From Eledone cirrhosa (lineage: Eukaryota), in NCBI GenBank assembly GCA_964016885.1, contig OZ024747.1, forward strand, positions 69,006,001-69,070,000: a stretch of 64,000 nt of DNA, given 5' to 3'. Below the pieces are notes generated by a model. The model was not told where the DNA came from and made no database searches. It saw nothing but the letters and a program-made list of their open reading frames with translations. Below are positions 31,560-45,205 of this stretch, piece after piece. Each line of letters opens with the position of its first letter. The first letter of the stretch is position 1. The position numbers and the translations under genes are program-made.

Positions 31560-31940
31560 TTGTTTCTACGTTTTGGCACAAGGCCAGCAATTATCCCAGT
31601 GCATTACTGGTACTTTATTCTATCGACCCAGTAAGGCGGAAAGGCAAAGTTAACCTCGACAGGATTTGAAATCAGAACGTAAAGGGCCATTATTCTATGC
31701 TGCAAAGCATGATGTCTGACGCTCTACCTATACTGCCAATCCCCAAGTGTCACTATGAACATTTTCAGCTGTGATCATGTCACAGCTACCTCAGCAGCAG
31801 TGAGGTAGCTCTGATATGATCATTATCAAATCCCGCTGAGGTTCACTTTGCCTTTTATCCTTACGATGTCGATAAAATAAAATACCAGTAATGCACACTG
31901 GGGTGATTGCTGGCCTTGTGTCAAAAGTAGAAGCAATTAT
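31560..31940. mobile_element. Two main-family SINEs head-to-head (31560-31742 -, 31826-31940 +)
   Basis: Consensus blocks on opposite strands. Confidence 0.7.
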
Positions 31941-32019
31941 ATATAAACATCGTGTATATGCTTTTATATACACCTCTACTATGAATGACGGTATGTTAGT
32001 TCTGGTGTTTATATATATA

Positions 32020-32215
32020 GGTAAATTATTCCGGGTTGAATCGGAGGTAACCACAGTAAGTAAGGTACTCAATACATAGCAGAGTATAAAAGTTTTAATA
32101 TAGATGAGATTCTACAAGACTAGAACTGTTTCATTCTTTAGAAATCATCAGATTCCTGATGATTTCTAAATAATGAAACAGTTCTAGTCCTGTAGAATCT
32201 CATCTATATTAAAAC
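32020..32215 (-). mobile_element. Family B pLTR fold-back plus tail, TA-flanked
   Basis: Arms 32092-32151 and 32156-32215 around loop attc; gtactcaatac at 32065-32075. Confidence 0.8.
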
Positions 32216-32394
32216 TATATATATATATAAACACCAGATTCGTCAATATTCGCAAGTTCTTATGTTCAAATGAATCATTGACTTGATTTTCTCATTTGTT
32301 CCTCTCTTTACGTTGCCTCACCTTTCATGTTTGTTTACCTGTCTCTCTTTCTCCACCCAGTTCTTTTTATCCCAATAACTTATTTTAGTTATTG

Positions 32395-32673
<279 letters not shown>

Positions 32674-32684
32674 ACACACATATA

Positions 32685-32830
<146 letters not shown>

Positions 32831-33111
32831 CATATATATGTGTGTACATATACAGATAGACATACACACACACACACACATACAGCCACAGACATGCGTT
32901 ATTTTCAAGCGTATTCTTGTGATATCTAGATAAGCGAAAGATCTTTATTTGTTTATACATATCAGGTTCAAAACTTGTTCATTAAAAACCCATCTTAAAA
33001 CCTTTCCCACTCTTTTCACCCCCCCCCCTACATACATACACACATTTCCGCTTTTCCTTATGTTGTATTTGTTTTTGTCTTTCAGTTACTTCCTTCCTTT
33101 CCATTCCGCTT

Positions 33112-33145
<34 letters not shown>

Positions 33146-33163
33146 TGTATGTATGTATGTATG

Positions 33164-33204
<41 letters not shown>

Positions 33205-33277
33205 GTTTATATATATTTATATATATGTATATATGTATATTTATATATATGTATATATGTATATTTATATATATGTA

Positions 33278-33431
<154 letters not shown>

Positions 33432-33829
33432 CAATATATATATTTTTTGGGGTGGTGGTGCTGGTAGTGGGGGGTGGGGTGGGTGGGGTGGGGGGGTGTA
33501 CGTTCTTTCACATTTCTGCCCTTCTACTTTGTACATAAAAGTGTCTTAAATAAATATAATGACGGTGTAATTACCTCCTTTTAGTTTTGTTACTTAGACA
33601 AATAAGAAAGGAATTCATGACATATTACCACCAGTGAGATAAAGCAAAATATCGTGACAAAAGACAAAGTAAAAAAAAAAAAAAATCTACAAAGAAACAC
33701 AAAATGCTATCCCCCCCCCCCCACCATCATATATCCCTGAGATAAAAACTAATTTTGTATAAATTACCACCATATTGATTTTTATCGTATTCTCGGTGTA
33801 TATTATTAATCTTTGAGTTTATTTCTCAC

Positions 33830-33856
33830 CCATCATCATCATCGTCGTTGTCATCG

Positions 33857-33896
<40 letters not shown>

Positions 33897-34016
33897 TATC
33901 ATCATCGACATCGTCGTCTTCATCGACCAGCGTCGTCGTCATCATTATCACCGTCATCACCATCATTATCAACATCGACATCGTCGTTGTCATCGTTATC
34001 GGCGTTTCATCATCAT
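33830..34016. repeat. (CAT/CGT)n trinucleotide array
   Basis: Direct inspection. Confidence 0.9.
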
Positions 34017-34373
34017 CTGAGTTCAAATCCCGCCGAGGTTAACTTTGCCTTTCATCCTTACGGAGTCGATACAATAAAGTACCAGTGATGTAGTGGAGGG
34101 TTGATTTTATCGATTTTTCCGACCCCGCCAAAAAACATTGTTAGCTTTGTGCCTAAATCAGATTGTCAGTATCGGTAGGGCGTCGGACAACATGCTTTGT
34201 GGCGTATAGTTACGACCCTTTACGTTCTGATTTCAAATCCCGCCGAGGTTAACTTTGCCTTTCATCCTTACGGGGTCTATAAAATAAAGTACCAGTGATG
34301 TAGTGCGGTCGATTTAATGAACTTTCCAATCCTCCCAAAATTGATGGCCTTGTGCCTAAATCAGAAACCATTA

Positions 34374-34426
<53 letters not shown>

Positions 34427-34670
34427 AAACAATTTTCTATTATTATCATTATTATTATCATTGGTTTTTAGAAATATGATAGAATTGGTTGAATCGTTAG
34501 AGCGTCGGACAAATGGTTAGCAGTATATGTTCCTGTTCTTTAATTCCTGAGTTCAAATCCCTTACGAAATTGACAAACATCGAATACCTGTAAGGCACTG
34601 GGGTCAATATAATCGACTTTCCACTTCCCTTCGAATTGCTGGCCTTGTGCCAAATATAGAAACAATTATT
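34015..34670 (+). mobile_element. Three tandem main-family SINE copies
   Basis: Copies at approx. 34015-34160, 34163-34375 and 34480-34670 with (ATT)n tails. Confidence 0.75.
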
Positions 34671-35073
34671 ATTATTTTACAGTTGATGTTATTATTTGGT
34701 ATCGATTTTTTTTTGTTATGAAAACATTTGCAAAAGATGTTAGCGGTGTATCAAAACGGTTGCGGTTGCAGATATATATAAGTTTGGTGTTATCAAATGA
34801 CACCCAATGAAATAAATCAAATGGAAGTGTTTTGTAACACTTAAAGTCCAGCGTTCCTGAACGATATTCCGGCCGGGATTGATGCTCTCGAGATGTCCGG
34901 AAATTTCGTTGTCCGCTCTAAGATCGACCAATACTTTTTACCTTGATGGATGTTTCTTGTTGTTGTTGTTTTGAAGGTTTGTTGTCACAGGAAGGGATAT
35001 TATTAGTTGAGATCAATAACACTATAACAAACTCAAATTACCTACAACCACCTGTATCTATATATATAGACGT

Positions 35074-35114
<41 letters not shown>

Positions 35115-35150
35115 CATATATAGATGCATATATATATATACATACATATA

Positions 35151-35191
<41 letters not shown>

Positions 35192-35227
35192 ACATATACA
35201 TACATACATATACATATATACATACAT

Positions 35228-35309
<82 letters not shown>

Positions 35310-35884
35310 GAGTGAGTGTGTGTGTGTGTGTAAACTACAACGTTAGATGTGAAATGGAGATGAGAGATAAAAGAAGGTAAAAAAGAAAGAAAAAAAGATT
35401 CTCAGTAGGAAATGGAAGGTGGTTAATATATATATAAAGATATATATATATATATATATGTATATCTTTATATATATATATAAAGATATATATATATATA
35501 TGTATATGTATATATATATCAAGAAAGAGAGGTGGGGGGGGGGGGGGGGCTATATAAAATATGTTAACAATTGTACATCAAACAGATGAAATTAAGTTTT
35601 TCACATTCCCTTAGTAAAAATATTATGAGAAGAAATGTGAACAGGTTCTCCAGGAGAGAAATAGGTGGATACATAGAAAGATAGAGATGGAGAGAGTTAG
35701 AGAGAGAGAGAGAGGGAGAGAGCGATGGAGCCTAAAAACAACAAAGGAATAAACAAAATATGTGTGTATACATGCACACAGACTCATATATGTATATATA
35801 ACCCCCCCCATATATATATAACACCCCCTCCACCTATATATATATGTATATATATATATACATATATATGTGTATACAGATATC

Positions 35885-36048
35885 CGCGACGGGCATCTGC
35901 ACAGTTTCCGTCTACCAAATAATCACTGTCAAAGTATTAATCAACATGACGCTACAGTGTAGGACTCACGCATAAGTTGCCACACAGTAATACAATAAGA
36001 TTGAGCCAGTGACTGTGTGACAGTAAGCGACTTCTTATGAACTGCGTC
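35885..36048 (-). mobile_element. Diverged copy of a second SINE family
   Basis: cagtttccgtctaccaaat...gctacagt..ag.ac...ca.aag.tgccacacagt...attgagcc resembles, from memory, an abundant octopus SINE. Confidence 0.45.
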
Positions 36049-36053
36049 TTTGC

Positions 36054-36104
<51 letters not shown>

Positions 36105-36220
36105 TTCGGCTCTGTTTAACTACATTGCGCTATACCTTTTACTGTCATTTCTATAATACGAAGAGGGTGTTTAACTCCAACACGCTCCAGTATTTTAACC
36201 CTTATATATGTATATATATT

Positions 36221-36268
<48 letters not shown>

Positions 36269-36271
<3 letters not shown>

Positions 36272-36368
36272 GGTGTCCCACAAAAATGTATACACATTTT
36301 GATTACCTGTACAGGCAATATTTATTAGAATGCTGTTGAAATGTGTATATATTTTTGGGGACACCCTG
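36269..36368. mobile_element. ~100-bp Tc1/mariner-type MITE
   Basis: TIRs agggtgtcccacaaaaatgtatacacattt / aaatgtgtatatatttttggggacaccctg. Confidence 0.65.
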
Positions 36369-36394
36369 TTTATATCTATATATATGTATATATA

Positions 36395-36667
36395 TATATC
36401 AACTAGAAATTGATTGACATATCTATCTAAAATAAACACATGAAGCAACCACAGGGGATAATTTGTAAAGTGTGTAAGCACACACAGCTACACACTTTAC
36501 AAATTATCCCCTGTGATTGCTTCATATGTTTATTTTAGATATTATATATGTCAATCAATTTCTAGTTGATATAAAATGCTCGGAACTATTCATTGGAATC
36601 TTTGAGCATATTCTACAGTGGATATGGCGCATGTCTTTCGGACATGACACCCTTAATTTAATTTTGG

Positions 36668-36668
<1 letters not shown>
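36395..36668 (+). mobile_element. Family K fold-back (~83-bp arms) plus tail, (TA)n both sides
   Basis: Arms approx. 36395-36477 and 36489-36573; tail hairpin atgctc-gga...tct-TT-gagcat at 36576-36609; no hammerhead retained. Confidence 0.65.
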
Positions 36669-36697
<29 letters not shown>

Positions 36698-36704
<7 letters not shown>

Positions 36705-36768
36705 TAACAAATTAGAGTTTAAGCAAAGAATCGCTGCTTTCATCCTTAACTGGATCTTCTGAAACTAC

Positions 36769-36771
<3 letters not shown>
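36698..36771 (-). mobile_element. Family J short arm between (TA)n tracts
   Basis: Matches 53300-53369; - strand cAGAAGA-tcc.gttaa.gg.t-GAAA is hammerhead-like. Confidence 0.6.
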
Positions 36772-36854
<83 letters not shown>

Positions 36855-36856
<2 letters not shown>

Positions 36857-37676
36857 AACCAGTAAGACCCCGACGGTTGAGCTCAAGCCGTTTCGACGGC
36901 TAATTCTGGACTAAATGAAAATTTATCCTGGTATTTAAATAGCCGAGCTTCTCAAGGGATAATTCCATATATGGTCAAAGTGATTGTCACAAGGATTGGT
37001 CACAAGTTAGTAGTAATTCTGTGATGGCAAATTAGTGGGTGAAGGGGTAGCTAAACCTGCCAGTAGGAGAAAAAGGGGAGGGGGTGGAAAAGACCCATTC
37101 ATGCGTTGGTAGTGCCGGCTACAGCTGGGCGTGAGGTCAAAGAAGATACTAGGGAGGGGGAGGGGGAGGAAGTCGAAACGGTAGTAGAACAATGAAGGGT
37201 AAAAATATATAAAAAAAAAAAAATACTGAGAGTGGTAAAAAGCGAATAAATGTAAAGAAAAAAAGAAAAAATAAGCAATTTCTACGACCTAAGTCTCTCG
37301 CTAGTCTTTAGCGAGAGACTTAGCTGTAGCCGGCACTACCAACGCATGAATGGTTCTTTTCCACCCCTCCCCTTTTTCTCCTACTGGCAGGTTTAGCTAC
37401 CCCTTCACCCACTAATTTGCCATCACAGAATTACTACTAACTTGTGACCAATCCTTGTGACAATCACTTTGACCACATATGAAATTACCCCTTGAGAAGC
37501 TCTGCTATTTAAATACCAGGATACATTTTCATTTAGTCCAGAATTAGCCGTCGAAACGGCTTGAGTCAGCCTCAGCCGTCGGGGTCTTACTGGTTCCTAT
37601 TACCCACTCTACTACCCTAAGTATTGAGTACTTTGGTGCGTTATGGTCCACCTGGTTCCTTACCACATTTCCTTCG

Positions 37677-37678
<2 letters not shown>
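36855..37678 (+). mobile_element. Longest family A copy: inverted arms (36855-37126 / 37322-37597) plus tail, (TA)n both sides
   Basis: Arms of about 270 bp; 15-bp perfect hairpin at the junction 37289-37323; complete hammerhead in both arms; tail hairpin 37606-37629. Confidence 0.85.
37487..37585 (+). ncRNA. Type I hammerhead ribozyme, U3-A8 variant, extended stem II (mirror copy 36867-36960, -)
   Basis: acccc-TTGAGAA-g..gcta...tagc.gtc-GAAAC-ggct(loop)agcc-GTC-ggggt: 5-bp stem I, 6-bp stem III, GUC triplet. Confidence 0.7.
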
Positions 37679-37717
<39 letters not shown>

Positions 37718-37722
<5 letters not shown>

Positions 37723-37997
37723 AAAAAAAGAGGAAATCAAAAATGTAACAGGAGTCTTATTTTTTTAAAAATATATATATTTATTTGGTTCCTTTGCCGG
37801 TTTCGCAATTCTTCTGCCTTTCAAAAGTAGATTTGAGATGGAGGGTCTGTGGTTTTTCTCACATCAGATGTGAGAAAAACCACAGACCCTCCATCTCAAA
37901 TCTACTTTTGAAAAGCAGAAGAATTGCGAAACCGGCAAAGGAACCAAATAAATATATTTTAAAAAAAATAAGACTCCAGTTACATTTTTGATTTCAT

Positions 37998-38000
<3 letters not shown>
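37718..38000. mobile_element. Family C near-perfect fold-back (~135-bp arms, 1-nt centre), (TA)n both sides
   Basis: Centre tctcacatc-a-gatgtgaga; both arms carry the hammerhead with the same U16.1->C change (gaaaccggCa). Confidence 0.8.
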
Positions 38001-38060
<60 letters not shown>

Positions 38061-38507
38061 AGTTGTGTTTGTATGTACACATATATATACTACACATAAG
38101 ATAGCTTCCTGATGGTTGTTGCCTTCGATCTGATACGTTTTAACTGCAACAGACACATAGACCACCAAGACAACGATCTATTCATGCAATCGTCTATCTG
38201 TGAAGCACAATCCGTTACCAGAAGCAGATTTCGAACAACGAGTTAACTCTAAACTGCGTCTAAAGTAGATGCATTTGGTAATACCCTTTTGTTGTAAATT
38301 AGCGTGTTTTGCTCAAGAAGCATAACAGAATATATGCAGTTAGTTTAAAGTGATGACTGAAGAACAGCTAGTTCAATATTTTATTACATTCTTTCGGCAA
38401 ATATACCTCTCTAATATGTGTAACATATCGCATATATAATATTATACTTTATGTGTCATAGATAAATTATACAGACACTGCATGTATGCGCGCACACATG
38501 TATATAA

Positions 38508-38628
<121 letters not shown>

Positions 38629-38706
38629 ATATATATATACATATATATGTATATATATATACATACATATATATATGTATATATATATATCTATATATAT
38701 ACATAC

Positions 38707-38803
<97 letters not shown>

Positions 38804-39977
38804 AATATATATGTGTGTGTATATATATATATATAATATATGAGGTTATAGTGTGCTAGTTAACTATTTTCATTGGTAAGATAAGTATACATACACAAGC
38901 ATAATCTCTACCGAAATGGTGATGATTTGCTGTCATATATTGTACACTACCCACTACTGGTGATGTGTTACGTTTAGAATCATAGAATTTAATGTCATGG
39001 AAGAGAAAAGCTTCCTGATTGTAAAACATTATCTTTCTATTCAATTTTCACTTTTTGAATATCGTTAAGCATGTTTCAAATGAATGACTTGTTATTTCTC
39101 AACCGAAAGTAGATGAAATAGCTGTAGCAAAATGTAAAGTATTTCATGGAAATTATTCACAACTGGAGTTAATCGTTTGTCTGAATTGACGTTAGCATTG
39201 AAGGAGAAAACTGCATCTGAAAACTCCAGTAAAAGAGGGTAAAGCGCAAAAATGAAGAATTTCAATGTATTTAATGGAGGAACTCTGCTCTTGAGACAGA
39301 AAAAGCACTTGCAGTTTGGAATGGCAACTGGCAGTAATGATTTTAAATTGTCTTCAAAGTTAGAAACTTCGGATCATTGAGTGAGCTAAATATTTTTACA
39401 GTGTTATCAAGTACCATTTTGTAAATGAAACGGAGGAGATAATACTTGCAAAATTCAGCATGGAAAAGGTTAAATCTGCTACGGTATTCGTTACATAATT
39501 CGTTTGAAACAGTAACCTGGTGGAATAGATTAAGCTGTCAAAATGGCAACATTATGTTCTAATCTTCGATGAGACCTAAACTTTTTAACGCAGGTTCTTC
39601 TTTTTCGTCTTCCTCTTTTCTCCATTCATCTCAAAAATTATTATAACACAATGACGTGAATCAATTTTCAAGCGGTATATCTTGTTCTTCGGAAGAAACA
39701 TTTCCATTCATTCGTAGCTAAATACACCCTCTCCCGATTCTGTTACAACTAATAACATTTTCGATTCACTAACATACATGTGCATACGCAATAGAAAGTG
39801 GACACCTCACATATACGGTGTGACATGTAGCCTGTATTGGGATTCTTAAACCTGGCTAAGTTCATCCCTTTTCTGGCGTGGCTACAACCAATTTTCCCGA
39901 GAAAGGGAGACAGAGAGAGAGAGAGAAAGCGAAAGATATAGAGTGGGGAGGCATCAGAGAGATAGATAAATAGATAA

Positions 39978-40041
<64 letters not shown>

Positions 40042-41819
40042 TGAGAGAAGGTGGGTTTCTGTTCATAACAAGCACTTTATTCATAGACGCCAAAAAGATA
40101 AAAGGCTAATTTGATCTCGGTGGGATTTGAACCCAGAACGCAAAGGAAGACCGCAAAACATTCTATCCAAAGATCAAGTGATTCAGCCAATGTGTTGCCT
40201 TGTCTCATAGATTAAAATCTCACCATGTCTAAACACGGCCATGTTCGTATATACGTTATTCTGATGAGGGAAAAATAAAACATTGTTGTCGTTGTTGTTT
40301 AGAAAACAAAATTAAAGGCATTCATGTCATGAATATGTATCTCATTATTGTTTTTGTTGTCATAGAATTTCATGACTATAGTATCCAGTGTGTACTTTAA
40401 GGTACTTTCTAAACGGTAGAGCTACCACGGTAGAGGTTTCTTGGATAGCCCGTCACACAAAAAAAGACGAAGCGAAAATATTTTTTAAGCCATGTCTGCG
40501 CCTATATGTTTATATAAAATCCCTTATATATGTACGACAGTTCTAAAGAATGTAAAAATCTTAAGCAGTGTCAAGCCAACGACTGGTCACACAACTTCAT
40601 AGCAGCAAAATCTCTCTCGAATTACACTCTAAAAGATACAATGAGTCAAGACTGACCTAGGGTTTAAAACAACAGTATGTTTTATATAAACATTGAGTAT
40701 ATTAGATGTGATTTTCTTTGACTTAATCTATTAAAAGTCACGATAAAATTCGCCAGAAGATACAGTGATAAGTAAGTGCATTTATTTCTAAAATGGAAAT
40801 TTAAATAAGATCTTTAGCAGCGAGGAAGTCACCCTCACTTTCAAAAGACACATAAATATGTAAGAAAAAAAAAAAAGAAGGAAAACACTGGAGTTAGCTA
40901 GATGTAACAAACATTCTTGGGTGAAAAATGTTTTTGATAAAATACTGTTTTGTTTCAAATGTTAGTCTAGATATGAAAAAGAAAGATTGCAATGAATTGC
41001 AATGAAAAACGCTAGTTTAACCGGAAATAATTTTATCATTGACAGCAAAATACAAAGATATATCTGTTACGAACAAAATTCAATTGCAATCGTTGTTGAT
41101 ATGACAAAGCAAAGTTTGACCGGAAATTGCTCAACAGATGCGTGTTAAACAAAATACTGGAGAATCAAACTGCCTTTTGTTTCCTATCTTATTACACTAG
41201 ACAGAATTTCATGCAGCAATACATTTATACAAGAAACATGACAGTGTATTTCTATATGGAATACGTTAATTTCATTTCGCACAGAAATGGTTATATGCAA
41301 TATTATCTCTGACTTAATGATGTGACATTGGAATAAGCTTTTTTTTTATGGCGAAAAGGAATTTTTTTATGTAATCTAACTAGAACGTCAAAAATGAATT
41401 TGATTCAATTATTCTTTGCATCATAATTGATATGCTGCAGTGAACCAAACCTATCCTCAGTCTGCAATCATTTTTCTGTTAAATATTATCAACGACCACA
41501 TTTGCTTCAACAAGCACTTGAAGGTAAATGACACATGATGGAAAATAAATACTGAAATATTTTCGTCTTTCACTGTCGAATTAGAGTTATCTAAGAAATA
41601 AGTGACAAAAGACTGAACTCTATATAGAAGATCGAATTTCCTTCAAGTGATTCTTTTACTTTGTGGTACATTGGTCTGAAAAATTGGATGAAGTAATGCA
41701 ATACAGAACATAATATCTGAGAATATCTGTATATTTGCTTTAGGGATGAGGAAATTCAGAAATTTAACTAGCCTATTTTTAGTTAAGGGATGCATGTCCT
41801 CATGCACTGCAAGTAGCGT

Positions 41820-41995
41820 GTTGAGCCGGTGCTTATCCCGGTTTCATGGCGTGAAGCAACTGCTGGTACTCATTTTCAGCTAAGTATACGTGAAATGAAG
41901 TGTTTTGCTTAAGAACACAACACACAACCCAGCCCTGGAATCGAACCCACGACATTACTATCGTAAGTCCAACACTCTTACCACTAGGCCACGTG
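41820..41995 (-). mobile_element. tRNA-derived SINE, third family (also 55595-55710, +)
   Basis: Head cgtggcctagtggtaagagtgttggact...gggttcgattcc, then tgtgttcttaagcaaaacacttcatttcac. Confidence 0.7.
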
Positions 41996-43556
41996 ATTTA
42001 GGGGTTAAGTATTTAAGGGATAAACAACCTTTATTCGTCTTAATACTCAAAGATATGATTTCAAGCCACGTAACATTGCAGATAGGTTTTTCTTTCAATA
42101 TTTCGGTGCTAATAAGCCTAATCATGAACAGAAAAACAAATGAAATGTAAAGTAAACAGTAAATAATACTAAAAACCATCCTGACATACACTGAGACGTA
42201 CAGATGCATTCAAATCATGTACAAACTTCTGAGAATTGATGGAGAAACATCAGTTGTCAACCGTTTTAGGAGGAAGCAATTAATAAAGGATAAATCTCAA
42301 ATACAGCAATTGTTAAAAGTATAATCTGATGTGTTTATATTTAAATAATCATTTAATCTAAATGAACTAATATATTTGCTGTATATAATTGCTGGAATTA
42401 GAAGATATTTATTATAATTAAAATCTAGTTATCGTTCCAAAAAATGATGCAATTAAAATATATCATAAATGTCTTTTAGATTACAATACTTTCCTTCGAA
42501 TTTGGAACTATCTAAAACTTTGAAGAAAGAGCAACTTTCAGAATATTTATTTACTAGAATATTTATTTTTCACTGGAAACAATTTACCATAAACAAAAAC
42601 CATCATTGGAAAAGCATCAATCGATTAGATATTTAGTCTGATATATAGAATCATCCACAGAGATTAATACGTTTATATCTATGTAGTTATCTGCGGCATG
42701 TGTGTGCCATGCACCTAGACTTAAATACAACTACCACAATAAGGATATTAATCATGATCTTTCAACGTAGACCCATGCTCATTCTCATATAGAGATACAC
42801 CACAATGTATTACTACATTTACATACTGCTCTGGATAGATTAACTGAGACGGAGCAGATCCGTTCATCTCATGCCAAGATGTAAAGCAGATATATAATGA
42901 TGATGATTATAACGACGATGAGGTGAGGGCGGGAAGGTAAGATAGAGCTCAACAATAGAGAAAGGGAATTAACAGAGATACTGAGATAAAACAACAGGGA
43001 GTGATCAAATGATAGAAATAGATATAGAGATATAAAGAATGAGAAAAGGAGAGACAGAGAAAGAAAAAGACAGAAATTTGTGCTTGATATCAAAGTGTGT
43101 ATGGGATATAAAGAGAAGTTGAAACAGGTTTTGATTAGAAGAGAGAAGGAACCACACATACACACGTACACACGCATACACACATACATGCACACATATA
43201 TATATATAAGGATATAATTTCTTCTATATTTTACTAGTAATTTTCATTGCTCACCTGTGACTATATGAGTGAATCCAAATATGAGAATATGTATTACGAA
43301 AGAACTGACATTTCCGTGGCATTTAATATGAGAGGCGGTTTTAATGAAATTCAGAGATGTGCAATTGTTGTGAAGCAACCACACAACGGAAATCTCATGG
43401 TAGCACTGACAGTGATTGTATTGTTTTGTAATAGCAAATGTAGTCTCACTAGTTCCATAGGTTTGCCTTGCACAGAGCTAATTCCATGAATCTCATTTCG
43501 ATTCGATGAAGTATATAACGACTGCTGTCTACATGCGAAAAACTATATATATATAT

Positions 43557-43857
43557 TGTTATACTTTGGGAGGGTCATGTTGCCAATAAGAAACACACGC
43601 ACCAGTTGCTTTCACTTCAATTTATTATAATAAATTTATAAGAAATTTATAAATTTATAAATTTCTGGTTGGTTGGTTGGTTCCACAACCAGATAGTTGT
43701 TTATATATAGTCATAGTTCTTTCGTCACACACTCTGTGACCTCTTCAGTGACTGGGGATTCCTTTCTTTGTTTCTGTGCCTCTCCTTTGTTCTGTCCTAC
43801 GCCATTTTGTTTCTGTGTGTGTGTGATAAAGAATCTTGCTAAACAAATTCAGAAACG

Positions 43858-43860
<3 letters not shown>
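43557..43860 (-). mobile_element. Family I: probable LTR terminus (...gaccctcccaaagtataaCA) abutting (TA)n; also at 50147, 54574 (opposite strand) and 57673
   Basis: Four copies of tgtt.ta.tt.g.gaggg.ca starting exactly at a (TA)n edge with a TG/CA end; LTR identity is inferred. Confidence 0.4.
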
Positions 43861-43908
<48 letters not shown>

Positions 43909-43909
43909 A

Positions 43910-44042
<133 letters not shown>

Positions 44043-44296
44043 GAATATTTATATGCATATATATATAGTCATAGTGTCCTAAATTAACATACGGGAAAAA
44101 GGGACAGGCTGAGGTTTACCGCTCGCCAGCCGTCTGTGCGTTTGCAACTCCAGATGCCAACACAGTACCACTCCTTCAAGTGCACCAACAGCCCCCCCCC
44201 CCCCCAAAAAAAAAATGAAACTCACCCCGTCACTCTTTCCTCTCTCTTTATATATATATATATATATATACATACATAAATACATACACACACATA

Positions 44297-44346
<50 letters not shown>

Positions 44347-44349
<3 letters not shown>

Positions 44350-44725
44350 CAAAGATTAATATGGTTCGTTGATTACTCAATGAATACAATTTTACAATAG
44401 ATTAAAAGCACTCAACAGGAAAAGTTTTCCTGGAGTTTTTAATATTATTAAAAATATTAACAAATGAAATTTATTCACATAAACAAAGTATATGCTTTAT
44501 TATATATATTTCAAAGGTACTTTGTTGTTATTTCAGTACGTCCTCATCAGATAAAATATATGATTTGATATATGACATACCGCTACGGTCTTGATTATAC
44601 AATTCATCAAATCATATATTTTATCTGATGAAGACGTACTGAAATAACAACACAGTATCTTTGAAATATATATAATAAAGCATATACTTTGATTATGTGA
44701 ATATCTTTCATCTGTTAATATTTTG

Positions 44726-44730
<5 letters not shown>
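44347..44730 (-). mobile_element. Family N pLTR fold-back (~120-bp arms) plus tail, (TA)n both sides
   Basis: Arms approx. 44444-44568 and 44606-44730; CTGATGA-ag(acgta)ct-GAAA at 44625-44644; tail hairpin 44410-44436 (-). Confidence 0.7.
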
Positions 44731-44785
<55 letters not shown>

Positions 44786-45205
44786 TCTGAATTCAAATTA
44801 CGCCGAGGTTAACTTTGCCTTTCACTCTTCTGGGCTCGATAAAATAAAGTACTAATCAAGAACTGGGGTTGGTTTTATCAACCCTAACCCTTCTTCAAAT
44901 TTGCGGGTGTTGTGTCAAAATTAGTAATTAATAATCCATAAGTGAGGGAAGGGGGGGGGGGGGGCTATTAAGTCAGTAGAGCGCCCGACTAAATGCATGG
45001 AACTATTTAGTTGCTGCACCTCAAATATGTCGACCGCCAATAAAATGTGACCTTGAGCCGAAAAATACAAGAAATATTTATTAATATATAAACTGTAACA
45101 ATATCTACTGTAGCAGACATTTGTGTGTATTATCAATTCATTCCCCCTTTTCCTCTCCATTTCCCCCCTCCTTTATATATTATGTTGTCAGTGTAGACTC
45201 TAGAA

